From Octopus vulgaris (Eukaryota): DNA of 64,000 nt. The stretch lies in assembly GCA_951406725.2 (NCBI GenBank), contig OX597833.1, positions 70,990,001-71,054,000 of the forward strand, written 5' to 3'. The translations under genes were made by a program, and so were the position numbers. Below the pieces are notes generated by a model. It was not told where the DNA came from and ran no database searches. It saw only the letters and a program-made list of their open reading frames with translations. Below are positions 39,101-52,436 of this stretch, one piece after another (within the stretch, counting starts at the first letter, position 1; every line of letters starts with the position of its first letter).

Positions 39101-40734
39101 AAAGGCAAAATTTGAACATAAGCTTATTTCTACGCACACCCGCAAGAAAAATCTAGAAGGAACGTTGCATAGCGGTACACTGGGGTCACTTATATATATA
39201 TATATAACCATTGTAATTACCGATTGGCAATTAGTTGCCTGATGGGTCCGAGGAGGCGAGTAAACTGTTAGGTGTACCCATAGGTTCATACGGTACTGAC
39301 CCTACGGCCGCGATTCTTAGCATGGAAGAAATTTCAGCCCTCCGTGAGTAAATTTTGGATTCCAGTGGGGGAAATTGTCTCTAGGATGAAAAATTGGACA
39401 TACAGATTTTGTTTCATCGTAACTTTCTTAAAAATACATTCTTTTAAATGAAATATTTTAGATACATTATTTTAGATGGTGTATAGATTACAATGATGTT
39501 GAAAAAATTGGGAATAAAATGTCCCCGACTGCACTTTTGTTAAATACATATTTTTTAATGAAACTTTTACTTAATGACAATGTTAAAGTTGTAAATGTTA
39601 ATATAATGCTGCTAAAATTACGTAATAAACTATTTAGTAGCCGACTGGTTGTTCGTTTGACAGCTGTGGCACGAAAAGAAGCAGCCACTGCCCTCTGTAA
39701 AATGATTGGCGTTAAAAAGGGCATCGACGCATAGAGACCATGCCAAGGGTGACATTTGGGCTCGGCACAGCCCTGCAGCTCGCTGGTTCCCTGTTAAACC
39801 GTCCTCAATGGAGAGCGGACGTTTAATAATGATGAAACCTCGCCGTCACTAGTGCCTTTTGGAAGGGCATCCAGCCGTTAAAGCCATGCGAAAACAGACC
39901 TTGCCGGTGCTAGTGCCATGTAAAGATCACTCTGTTCTCTTTGTAAAGTGATTAGCGTTAGAAAGAGAATTCAGCCGTAAAAACTATGCCAAAACAGCGG
40001 AGCTTGATGCAGTTCCCTGGTTTGTCAGCTCCTATCAAACGCCTAATCCATGCTTGTTTGGAAGACAAACATTAAATGAAGATAGTGGTTGCGGATTGTC
40101 GAAAGTACTGGAGCGTCGGACGGGACGCCTTGTGACGTGTTCTGGTTCTGTACATTCTGAGTTCAAATCCCCGACCCCTTCCCTGAAAAACTGACACTTT
40201 ATCAGGGACAACCGAGAGCTAATAGCAATGATTTTGAAAAACCAATGGAGACGCAGTTTCTTTGATTTTATAGGAAGATCGATTTCCGTGGATAATATAA
40301 TGTCGTGAGTGGATCGAGGTGAATCGGTTACTTAACATCATCATCCTCATTTAGCATCCGTTTTCCATGTTAGCATGGGTTGGACGGTTCAACTGGGATC
40401 TGGGAAGCCAGAAGGCTGCACCAGACCCAGTCTGATCTGGCAATGTTTCTGCGGCTGGATGCCCTTCCTAACGCCTGGGAATGGGATATAGTCAACAGGT
40501 AAATAAACACTGCTCTACTCGAGTGGTCCAACTTGTTATAAACAGCAGCCAAATATCTCTCAAGCATTCCTTCGATATAGCTCGACAAGGTCGAATCATT
40601 TCACTTTGGGTATTTCCCTGGGTTGTAGAGAAATAGATATAACGAAATTATGCCAGCAGCGTCTCATTTTAAACTTGAAGAAAAAAAGAGCCTTGCATAT
40701 TTGTTCTTACCTGTTTCAGGTGTCTCTCTCTTTT

Positions 40735-41110
40735 CTCTTTTACTTGTTTCAGTCATTTGACTGCGGCCATGCTGGAGCACCGCCTTTAATCGAGCAAATC
40801 GACCCCGGGACTTATTCTTTGTAAGCCCAGTACTTATTCTATCGGTCTCTTTTTGCCGAACCGCTAAGTGACGGGGACATAAACACACCAGCATCGGTTG
40901 TCAAGCATTTCTAGGGGGACAAACACACACACATACATATATACATATATACGATGGGCTTCTTTCAGTTTCCGTCTACCAAATCCACTCACAAAGCTTT
41001 GGTCAGCCCGAGGCTATAGTAGAAGACACTTTCCCAAGGTGCCACGCAGTGGGACTGAACCCAGAAACATGTGGTTGGTAAACAAGCTACTTACCACACA
41101 GCCACTCCTG
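40735..41110 (-). mobile_element. SINE family A
   Basis: Matches consensus. Confidence 0.8.
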
Positions 41111-41649
41111 TGTATATGTAAAATCCGCAAATTTCCAAGCAGAAAACAGAATCGAACTGTCATTTGCTTCTACTGATATACCCGAAGTGAAATGTTTTGA
41201 TTTTGTCGAGATATATCGAAAGAATGCCATCTCTCAAATCCCATCCCATCAACGTCAGTACGAAAGACCACATTAGCCAACGTAGTCCTGGACGTAGATA
41301 TCCTCTTGAAACATGAGGTGATGGGCACGGTTGGAATGATATTTTACCTCCTTTCAGTCTCTGGACTGCGGCCATGCTGGGGCACAAGATTGGAGGGTTT
41401 TCATCAAACAAATCGAAACCATTCCATCAGCCTCTTTTGTCGGACAGCTAAGGTATGGGGACGTAAACAAACCAACACTGGTTGTCGAGTGGTAAGAAGA
41501 CAAATACAAACACCAAGGCACATACATATAAAGGGCTTCCAGACAGTTTCCATCTGCCAAATTCATTCACGAGGGAGGTGCCATGCTGTGGAACGAAACC
41601 CGAGATGCTGTGCTTTCACAGCAAACATCTTAACCACATACTCTCTCTC

Positions 41650-42023
41650 TTTTACTCCTTTACTTGTTTCAGTCATTTGACTGTGACCATGCTGGAGCAT
41701 CGCCTTTCGAGCAAATCGACCCCAGGACTTTGTAAGCCTAATACTTTATCGGTCTCTTTTGCCGAACCGCTAGTTTACGGGGACGTAAACACACCACCAT
41801 TGGTTGTCAAGCGATGGTAGGGGGACAAACACAGACACACAAACATATATACATGTATACAACGTGCTTCCTTCAGTTTCTGTCTACCAAATCCACACAC
41901 AAGGCTTTGGTCGGTACGAGGCTATAGTAGAAGCCACTTGCCCAAGGTGCCACACAGTGGGAATGAACTCGGAACCATGAATTTGGAAAGCAAGCTACTT
42001 ACCACACAGCCACTCCTGCGCCT
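41650..42023 (-). mobile_element. SINE family A
   Basis: Matches consensus. Confidence 0.8.
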
Positions 42024-42914
42024 ATGGCTACGGCTGTCATAAAACTTGGATTGTGTAAATCTAAAGAGGAAAATCTTAAAATATATTTCTAGAATATATT
42101 CCTGAAATCGATTTATCGATGACCTTTTATCGATAATTCTCTAATTTAATCCACCTTTTGTTTAATTTTGATTAATTTAATTCTCATGAAATAATCCTTA
42201 GCTTCTAGATTAGCTCTGATCGATATTATCAAAGGCATTGCAGACAGTGTATATCTGAATCTATGCAGACTGTTCAACGTGCTTGCTTCAGTCATTGGAC
42301 TACGGTCATGCTGGAGCACCGCTTTAAAAGGTTTAAGTCCAGCAATTGTCAACCATTCTCTGCCTGTGGACTCCTGATTTCTGTTTTACTCGACTGGACC
42401 CTCCTAGCCATCCGATGCTTAAACAACCCCCCCCCTTTCCGTATTGTAGTAATTTAAGCAATTTTGATGACAAAATCTTGTGTGGACCCCCCACCCACGC
42501 CCAAGGGCCGTGTGGACCCCGGTTGAGGACCACTGGTTTAGTCGAAGTGCTTAGGGATTGTAAGACTTGCTACGTATTCTGTCTCCTTTCCTGAACAGCT
42601 GATATAACTGGAACGTCAAGGAAAGAGCGCCGTTGGCAAACGGCGGAGTCACGCGGACGGACGGACGCACCTGTTTGTGTGTGTGTGTGTATTTGCATGT
42701 CTGTGTTTTGTTCCCCACCATCACTTGACAACCGATGCTGGTTTGTTTACGTGCCCGTAACCTAACGGTTCGGCAAAATAGACTGATAAAATAAGTATTG
42801 GATTGACAAAGAATAAATCACGGTGTCAATTTGTTCGACTAAAGATGGTACTCCAGTATGGCCGCAATCAAATGAATCAAACAAAAGAATATATATACAT
42901 ATGTATATACATAC

Positions 42915-43250
42915 ACGCACAGGAGTGACTGTGGTAAGCATCCTCATTACCAACCACATGGTTTCGGGTTCAGTTCCACTGCGTGGCACCTTGGGCAAGT
43001 GTCGTTTAGCCTCGGGACGATCAAAACTTTGAGTGGATTTGGTAGACGGAAACTGAAGGAAGCCTGTCGTGTTTGTCCCCCAACATAGTTTGACAACCGA
43101 TGCTAGTGTGTTTATATCCCCGTAACTTAACGGTTCGGCATAAGACACCGATAGAATAAGTACTAGGTTTAGAAAGTATAAGTCCTGGGCTCGATTTGCT
43201 CGCGTAAAGGCGGTGCTCCAGCATGGCCGCGGTCAAATGACTGAAATGAA
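42915..43250 (+). mobile_element. SINE family A (internally deleted)
   Basis: Head and tail match consensus. Confidence 0.75.
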
Positions 43251-43539
43251 TAAATGAATATATTCTTTCAGACTGCGGCCATGCTGGGGCACCACCTTGG
43301 ATTTTTTTTGTCGAATGAATCGATCCCAGTTCTTTTTTTAAAGCCTGATACTTATTATTCTAGCGGTCTCTTTACTCGACAGGGCCCTCATAGCCACATA
43401 CATACACACACGGCAGGCTTCCGCACAGTTTCCTCAACCAAATTCATTGGTCCGATGTTGTAAGAAAAGAGACTTGCCGCGTATTTTGTCTTTTTGGATT
43501 GGTGCTTTATTTTTAATTTTAATTTAATTTAATTTTTTT

Positions 43540-43908
43540 TTTTACTTGTTTCAGTCACGTGACTGTGGCCATGCTGGAGCACCGCCTTTAGTCGAGCAAA
43601 TCGACCCCGGGACTTATTCTTTTTGTAAGCCCAGTACTTATTCTATCGGTCTCTTTTTGCCGAACCGCTAAGTAACGGGGATGTAAACACACCAGCATCG
43701 GTTGTCAAGCAATGCTAGGAGGACAAACACAACACACACATACATGACAGGCTTCTTTCAGTTTCCGTCTACCAAATCCACTCACAAGGCATTGGTCGGC
43801 CCGGGGCTATAGCAGAAGACACTCGCCCAAGATGTCACGCAGTGGGACTGAACCCGGAACCATGTGGTTGTTTAGCAAGCTACTTACCACACAGCCACTC
43901 CTGCGCCT
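43540..43908 (-). mobile_element. SINE family A
   Basis: Matches consensus. Confidence 0.85.
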
Positions 43909-44704
43909 ATTCAAAGTTTAATTTGGAGGGCGATTTTTTTTTGCTACTACTTTCTTGCAGGTCGAGTGACCACATCGGGGTCCACCCTTCAGTTCCTGTT
44001 GTTTACTTGTCGAACTTATTGTTTGATACTATTTTGAATTTAGCACTATCTCCGACCACCTTGTGTGCGTCTGTGCGTGTGTGTGTGTATGTGTGTATAT
44101 GTATGTATGTATATATATGTATGTGTGTGTGTGCCGCACGCTGAAGATGTTTTCGCATTCTTTTCCTTGATTGTAAAGAAGCCCAACACCACAGCTGGCT
44201 AGTTAGGAGTTGTTGACATACCTCCCTCTGAGCGAAGGGATTGTCTGAAAGGGTCAAGTGGTCAAGGTGACCTGCTCTGCACCCGACCCGGGAGACGAGC
44301 TGATAGCCCCCATTGGCGAGGTTGTTGTTGTCACGATCAGAAAGAGAGAGACAGAGAGGGAGAGAGAAAGAGGGCTCGCGTGAAAGGATGTAGTGTTGAT
44401 GACCAGGAAGTGATAGGGCAGTGAAGTTGTTTGTTTCAATTTGTGGGCAGGTAGCGTCAAAGGTGTGGGAGGAAGGTCGGCTATTAAAACCCTTTGCAAT
44501 GTGAAAGGATTTGATGACCTTCGATGGATAGCACGTCAATCTTGTTCTTTTTTTTTAATAATTTTGATGTTTTTTTACGTTAGCAATCAATGCACGCACG
44601 CGCGTCGCTTAGTGGTTAAGCCGTTTGGCCAGTCACGGCGCAAGTTCAAGTCGCGGGCGAGGCGGCGCGATGCATCATTTCACGTTACTCGAGTTAAACT
44701 GAAA

Positions 44705-44908
44705 GGTACTACTTGAGAACAGTGGTCCCGGTGCGCGTACTCGCGCATCCGTGCTAGCTAGTCATGACAAGTCGACCCTACAACGACTACCTAGCAAAGT
44801 AAATAAAACACAAAAACACACAGTAAGGATCGACTAGTCATGACTAGCTAGCGCGGATACGCGATGATGCGAGTGCGCGCACCGAGACTACTGTTCTCAA
44901 GTAGTACC
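44705..44908. mobile_element. CpG-rich foldback element/MITE with ~75-bp inverted arms
   Basis: GGTACTACTTGAGAACAGT... and ...ACTGTTCTCAAGTAGTACC; possible TA target duplication. Confidence 0.7.
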
Positions 44909-47413
44909 AACTGAAAATGAGAAGCAGCCGAGTCCTGTTGCAGCTAAGTCTCCCTCATCGCCCATGTTGCCGTTGAGTTTCTTTGGTTCAGCGACAAAAT
45001 ACAATCCATCGGCATTAATATTGAAATCATTCCGTCCCCTAACAGGATTGATAACAGCGATGTTTCCGAAAGTTTGACGAAGTGGCTAAAGCAGTAAATG
45101 GGGAAATTTTTTGGCGATACGAATTCTTGAAATGGTGAAGAACCTTCTATTTCATCTGTTGCGTAACTCCCCCCCAATTCAGTCTTCATTGAACAGGCCA
45201 GTGATGAAAGCTTTCTGGCTTTCAATACAATGTGTCGTCTTTTTGTACAGCTAGACAAACATTTATTCAATGTATTTCTCTTCGCTTTTAAGATATTAGA
45301 GTGTGATGAGTTGACGGGCGTTTGGCAGCTATTTCTACGCAGGTTAGGTTTCCGTTGGAAATTGTTCTAACAATAATTAGTACTGCAGCCTTTTTGCAAA
45401 AGGAAAATAAAACAAAATTTCTCGAATCTTTTGTGTGGTCCGTTCAATTACTCATGGAAACCGCCTGTGTATATATAATATATATATAAGAAGAAAAACC
45501 CCCACAATAGTTGAGTGTTTTATGATTATCAAAAATCTAATAAATAAACACGGGTTGGGGATAAAAAGAGTTTATAGTTAATCATTTCAGCGAAGTTGAC
45601 AATTGGAGGCCTTTAAGCCTTAGTTAAGCATACGCTTAATTTTATTTGCCGAAGTAATGCTGAGAAAATCAATAAGGATATGTACAGAATTGCACCAGGA
45701 GTGGGCGTGAATAATTAGCATGTTTAAAAAATAAATCATTGAGCTTGTTATGTTTGAAATTCCTTTCCAAAATAATAATTTCAGCTTCGGCAGTCATTGT
45801 GACACCAGCAAATTAGAATGGAGTGTGAGCGTTACGAACTAAATATAGACATCAGCCATTGACGCCCATCTGTCGATGCTGTTGTCGCTTCGCCTCTCCG
45901 AATCCTGATTTATGTATTTCTCGATGGCATTATCTTCGTCGGTAAATATGACTGGGTTTGTACAGTTGTCTCAACGGTAAAAGATGAGATAAAGCATCTA
46001 CTTCAATGACATTTTCTTTTTATTAGTCTGAAGTAGAACGCCAGGGCCCATATCCTTTGTAGAGGCCATTGTAGTTGGTTAAGCTGGATCGTCTGCCAGT
46101 TAATAAGAGCGAACGTCTGGAAAGAATTTGAAGAAGCGATAGATTTTTTTATACTAACCCTTCTAAGACAACCTGTTCTAATGTAGTCTTATTTTTAAAT
46201 TCTAAAACATCATCAAAATCGAATCATAAGTACGAGATTATAATTCGTCTGTCCCGGCATCGTATGTAACAATAAATTTACAGATATCTGACTAAATTTT
46301 TTCAAAAGTTTGATTATCTTGTAAATTGAATTATATACGACAAAAAGGGCGTCCGGTCTGAGAAAATCTGCCTCGATCAATTCCGTCCGACCCATGAAAG
46401 CTTGGAAAAGTGGACGTTAAAATGATGATGATATACACGATTTACTCATTGGCAACAACAAGAGTTAATACAGCACTAGGAGCCTCTTTACGATATCGTC
46501 TAACCCACCACCACCACCTCAAAGCAATGCACCGGAGCCCTTACGTAACGATAGCATAGACACACTGGGGTTGTGGAGACACAACCCAAGTGTGTGTCTA
46601 TGCTTTAAGAAGGCACTGTGTAGGGTTTAGCAGAAATAGTAGTGATGGCGATGGGACAGGTGAACATTGCATGGCTTTGGCCACGATGATCCGTGGTTGC
46701 AAAAGTCAAGGGGAGCATTCTAAGAGCAGACCTTTTCTTCCTTTTATCCGAACTTCATCAACCACTTTAATATTCCTATTAACAATTTCACTTTTCGTTC
46801 GTTTTCAGTGGTAGCATGGGTTAGATGAATATGTAATCGAGAGTATTATTTTGTTTTTGCTGTCGTTCGTTATCTGTGCTTTCAAGCGAGGAATCTCTTA
46901 TTCCGGACGATTTCAGAGAGACAAAGCCAGTGGAAGATATTTTGGCCTATTATTGGCTAAACTCCGGAAATTTTTGAGGGGTGGGGCGCCTGGCAATCGA
47001 TTACATCGACTCCGATATGCAGCTGGTACTTATTTTATCGACCCGCGAAAAGATAAGAGACAAAGTAAACCTCGGCGGAATTTTAGCCCAGAACTTAATA
47101 AAGCCGGATGAAATGTCACTAAGCATTTTGTCCGTTGTGCTGACAATGCTGCTAGCTCACCGCCCTAAACCCTTATTGACAGGAGAAACCCAGTTGCAAA
47201 TGGACGATTTGTACAGCAAAGTTTTTTTCTGATTTTTCTTCGTCAGATGAGGTAGATGATGATGATGGTTTGGATAGCACAGAAGAATGTTTCATCTAGC
47301 TTTAGATGGGAAAAGGGAACCGATTTTTCTCAATTTGTACATTGGTTTGACAACAACAGTGCGGGAATCGTAAATGATTTTATGCTCACTCTGAATGCAA
47401 AGGAAAGTGAATA

Positions 47414-47808
47414 GGCGCAGGAGTGGCTGTGTGGTAAGTAGCTCGCTAAACAACCACATGGTTCCGGGTTCAGTCCCACTGCGTGGCACCTTGGGCAAGT
47501 GTCTTCTGCTATAGCCCCGGGCCGACCAATGCCTTGTGAGTGGATTTGGTAGACGGAAACTGAAAGAAGCCTATCGTATATATGTGTATGTATGTGTGTG
47601 TGTTTGTGTGTCTGTGTTTGTCCCCCTAGCATTGCTTAACAACCGATGCTGGTGTGTTTACGTCCCCCGTCACTTAGCGGTTCGGCAAAAGAGACCGATA
47701 GAATAAGTACTGGGCTTACAAAGAATAAGTCCCGGGGTCGATTTGCTCGACTAAAGGCGGTGCTCCAGCATGGCCACAGTCAAATGACTGAAACAAGTAA
47801 AAGAGTAA
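47414..47808 (+). mobile_element. SINE family A (full length)
   Basis: Matches consensus. Confidence 0.85.
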
Positions 47809-48342
47809 TTTAGGGCACATTTCGATAATGGGATTGTAAATTTCATTGTGCGAGAGGCTAACAATTAGAGTTTTCATCTTGAGTTAAAGAGAAAATAAAT
47901 ATCAAAAATTACCCCTGTTTTTTGTTGTATTTTTTTTTTTTTGCCCGTTTGGTACACACATAGATGCAACTTTTCTTTGTGACAACAATGTTAGTGATAT
48001 TGCAGCTTCTGTTTCTCGAAATTAATGTAAAGACTTACGTGAAATATCTTCGAAGACAGACTAAAAGAAAACCAATTGTAGATATAAGCAGTGAATGGAG
48101 GAACGCCTCAATTTCTATTCAAGTTATTCAATTCATTTGAAACTTTTATATAAGTTTTAAAGATGGCTGACTACTGTTGTGAAGATAAATTTTATAGCTT
48201 AACATCGAATAGCTCACAGCTATCGCCGTTAGCTAGGAATTCATTTCTGCGAGATACAATGGAGACAAAAGGATTATAATATAAATCTTTTCTACATTTT
48301 TCTCTTTCTCTCTCTTTTGTTTTCGGTCCATCTGTCACTCAC

Positions 48343-48374
<32 letters not shown>

Positions 48375-49249
48375 CTCTCTCTCTCTCTCCCATGTTGAAT
48401 GCTTCGTTCTATTATATTTGCTTAGAATTACCCAGGTAACCTTCTGCATCGGAAGATTATGTTAACATAGATTATTCTAATGCAATAGTTTTACTAGGCG
48501 CAGAGATAGTGTCAATGTCGATTCTTCGTTCGTGACGAAGATTGAAAAAGAGTTTGTACGGTCGCGATCATCGCTTCAGCGTCCACTTTTTCCATGCTTG
48601 CATGGGACACTAGAGATTTGTTGGGGTGGGTTTTTCACGGTCTGATGCCCTCTCTGTACTCAACCCTCCCTTGTTTCCAATGCGGGATATTTCCGAATGG
48701 CCATATGGATTCACAGAAGATCAAAGGACATTACATCTACAATGTAATGTCAAAACAACACACACGTGTACGCATGCGCAAATCCATCTTTAATTAAACT
48801 CTTTCTTCAAAAAAAAAAAAAAAAAGACGAAAATCAAAAATGCGAAGAGTCAAATGGAACAAACGTTTTTAACAATACACTAGCAGTATCGCCCGGCGTT
48901 GTTCGGGTTTGTTTCGACAACCCTTTAGAATTGGAATTCCAAAGGGTCGAAACAAATCGAGGTCACTTTGATTTTCATTCTTCAGAGGACGGAAAATAAA
49001 CTACCAGACAACTCGAGTCGATTTAATAACCCTGTAATACAGACTGGATGTAAACAGAATTTATAGCAGAAGACTAAAACCTACCTGGATACTTCCTCAT
49101 TGGTTCGTGTTTAGAAGTGTTTTTATCAACTGCCGTGAATCGGTTACATTGGAACATTTCCGTTTCTATCAAATAAATGAAAGTTTTGCGGTTGAATCAG
49201 TTTTTTTTAATTTTTTTTTAAAATTATATTCCAACTTCTTGTATTTCAG

Positions 49250-49275
49250 GTTTCTGGATTTATTATATACAACAG
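49250..49275 (+). CDS. Candidate 26-nt micro-exon (VSGFIIYN-R) with GC donor
   Basis: TTGTATTTCAG| acceptor and CAG|GCAAG donor; in frame with 49807; IIYNRYPG aligns with IIFRFAG of the second protein repeat. Confidence 0.4.
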
Positions 49276-49806
49276 GCAAGCTCAATCTGCCATTTTCGAT
49301 TAGTGTATTTCAATAGATCGATCAATAGTGTCCGCTGAGGAAAAATGAAGTGGTTGCAGGGTGGTGGGTGGTGGTGGTGGGAAGAGATGAATGTTTATGG
49401 TTTTGTTGTTAAATAGCTTCGCACTTACTGTGGTTCCGATTTGATTGCACTCGACGGCATTTTAGGGGAAAAGTGAATTCTTGGGGGTCGATCGACGATG
49501 TTTTGTGAGTGAAATTTGGTTGGTGGAAACAGTAGAATCTTCTACGGGTAGCTTTCACAAATGCCCTCGCAAAACCTGGGCTTTGCGAACAGACTCCTTT
49601 GTTATATTTGTTCTACATTATTTACGGTACCGCCTTTGTTACTTTCATTGTTGGAAATTCATTGAAACAATCGGTGGTTTTTTGGAAACCTGTAACGAAA
49701 GACAATGTTCAGTTGCTGTGAGAAATAAATAAAATTTGTAAAAATAAAATAATTATGTTTTAACTTCTGTCAATTAATACTATCTTTATTCTTTCGTTGT
49801 TTCTAG

Positions 49807-50692
49807 ATATCCTGGATTATATTGTCTATCGGCTGACATCAGCAATGTAAAACTGGAGTCTGGAGATTTGCGACGAATCGAAGCCCATTGGTATGTAAAT
49901 GGTCTGGTATTGGAACTTTACGATTATTCTAACATCAATAAATGGACATTTGAGCATTTGGTCGGAGTAATTCGTCAGTTGGCACCCGATTCGGTTCAAG
50001 TCTGTATAAAACCAGCCAACATTCAATATCGTATTTTAGACGTGGTATTAAAGAGGTCTCAACTTTCAGTGGGGACTCCGGAATATTTACGGCTTTTGAA
50101 CGAATTCTTTGACAAAACAGACTCCACATTTGATTACGAGAAGATTCAACCGCCGCCCACTTCTATAATATTTCGCTTTGCCGGTATTTTCACATTTTCG
50201 AGTCGGCTGTGCAAACAAAGTCTCAATGAGCAAAATCTTCACCGCATTGGCTTGGAAAACTTCACCAATGGCCTGATTCTCGAGTTAATCGATTATGCAA
50301 ATCTATGCCAATGGACAATCGACTATATAACTGCTGTGGTCTATGCGATAATCCCAGAATCCATTATTGATACCCTGAGCGATGGCACTCTTCAAGGGCG
50401 TATTATGAAGTTAGCGCACGATCGTCTGCATTTTAAAATGGGGACCGTTGAATACGAAGCGTTTATAACAGCAACGTTCGATGCCGGTCATTTGTCGCCT
50501 TTGCCTGCGGCTGCTCTTCCATCGACCTGTATCACCACTCCAACGACAGTCACTTCGACAATAATGACTTCAAGAACGTCGAACAGCGTCCAAGTGCAGC
50601 CAAGGGATTCGACATCGCCAAACTTACCCGACGTCGTCAACCACGCCAAAGAAATGGCGAAAACGTCAGCGACTGAAATCGCTTTGTATTAA
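49807..50692 (+). CDS. Terminal coding exon of an uncharacterised protein with two tandem ~120-aa repeats and a S/T-rich tail
   Basis: TTCTAG| acceptor at 49806; 886-nt open frame; internal repeat NGLVLELYDY..W vs NGLILELIDY..W; AATAAA at 50904-50909. Confidence 0.8.
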
Positions 50693-51624
50693 TCCCAAAA
50701 TTCTCTTTGATATTCATTATGTTCTCATACACAATTACCTTCTGATAATCAATTTTTATTTTTACCTTCAAAGCTATTTAACTGACAGTAAAAGAGATAG
50801 AAAATGAACTGTCATTTTTAATGTTTTTTCAAGATGAATATTAACCAATTATGATCATTTTAGAATTCTTTTCATTTTCATCTGTTTTAGATTTTAATTA
50901 TAAAATAAAATTTAATGTACATACAAATCTTTTCCTGTTTATTTGTGAAATCTTTAATTTACTTTTTATTTCTGTTTATCCATCAGTGGTTACATTGCTG
51001 GATTTCTGAAGACTTCTTCCTCTTCTGCCGTTTCCATAAACGATTGTCCCCAATAGAAGAAGTGTTGTGGGTCCAACACCAACCAATCTGAAACCTCCTC
51101 TTCTCCTCCACCCCACGGAATGTTCCGTCGCTTCATTAAATCTAACGTTGTTTCTAGCGAGATCCGCTCTACTTTGAGGAATGCATTCATTCGTTTTTAC
51201 TTCCGTTCATCGATGCTTCCATAGGTCAGACGAAAATGTTATTGAGGGATTGTTTGCAGCCGTTTATATTTCCTGTCCCTAACTCTTAACTTTTTTTACA
51301 GATAAGAGATCTCTTATTCTACTCAACTTCGAAAGTTCAAAGTGAGCGGGTATTCCACCGCAAATTATTGTTGACAACGATCCGGACAAATTGAATTCAC
51401 CTCAATAGACGTCATTGATTGGTTGAAATTGCCGAAATGCAAGAAATTTAACAACAAATAGCTTACAAACTACAGAATTTTCTCAAGAAAGCCAAGAGAA
51501 AAAGATGTTTTATGTAACACATTCTACCAGTATACGAAGTTTAAATGGGTTTAGTTACAAAGAAATTATTAAAAAAATCTGCCGGTCAAAGCGAAAAGAT
51601 CCTGGCTCAAATCAAGGTTAATAG

Positions 51625-51783
51625 GAGCAGGCGTGGCTGTGAGGTAGAAGTTTGCTTCCCAACCACATGGTGTCAGGTTCAGTCCTACTGCGTGGCACCT
51701 TGGCAAGTGTCTTCTGCTATAATCCTCGGGCCAACCGAAGCCTTGTGAGTGGATTTGGTAGACGGAAACTGAAAGAAGCCCGA

Positions 51784-51814
<31 letters not shown>

Positions 51815-52010
51815 GTCTGTCCCCCACCCCAACCATCGCTTGACAACTGATGTTGGTGCTTATGTAACTTAGCGGTTCGGCAAAACGAACCGATAGAAGA
51901 AGTACTAGGCTTTACTTACAAAGAAAAAGTCTTGGGCTACATTTGTTCGACTAAAGGCGGTGCTCCAGCATGGCCGCAGTCAAATGATGGAAACAATTAC
52001 AAGAATAAAA
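51625..52010 (+). mobile_element. SINE family A (diverged)
   Basis: Matches consensus. Confidence 0.75.
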
Positions 52011-52385
52011 GAATAATTCGATGTGCTACGTTTTTTTTTAACGGCAAATATTTTTTAGATATACAAACCACACGAATGTGGGACACACGAATGCGAGAAC
52101 ATTTTACAGATTTTTTTTCTCTTTTTGAAAGGAGATTCGCCCCCCTGATTAGTAACAATCGAAAGGGTGGGGTTCCGGGGGGGTCGCAATGTAACGAAGA
52201 TGAAGACAATAGCAACGAGGACGAAGGCACTCATTCTGGGAGTAAAAGAAGCCCGAACTGATAGACTTGATGATTTTGGCCGCTAAAAATTTACTTTAAA
52301 GTCACGTGACAATATTAAGCAAAACCGCAAACAACTTTCATGTTTGACAAGTTGACCGGCAGAGGAAATGCGTGTATATATATAT

Positions 52386-52436
<51 letters not shown>

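Noticed and set aside
44910-45270. Minus-strand ORFs next to the foldback element
   Set aside because: No recognisable protein similarity; splice signals weak.
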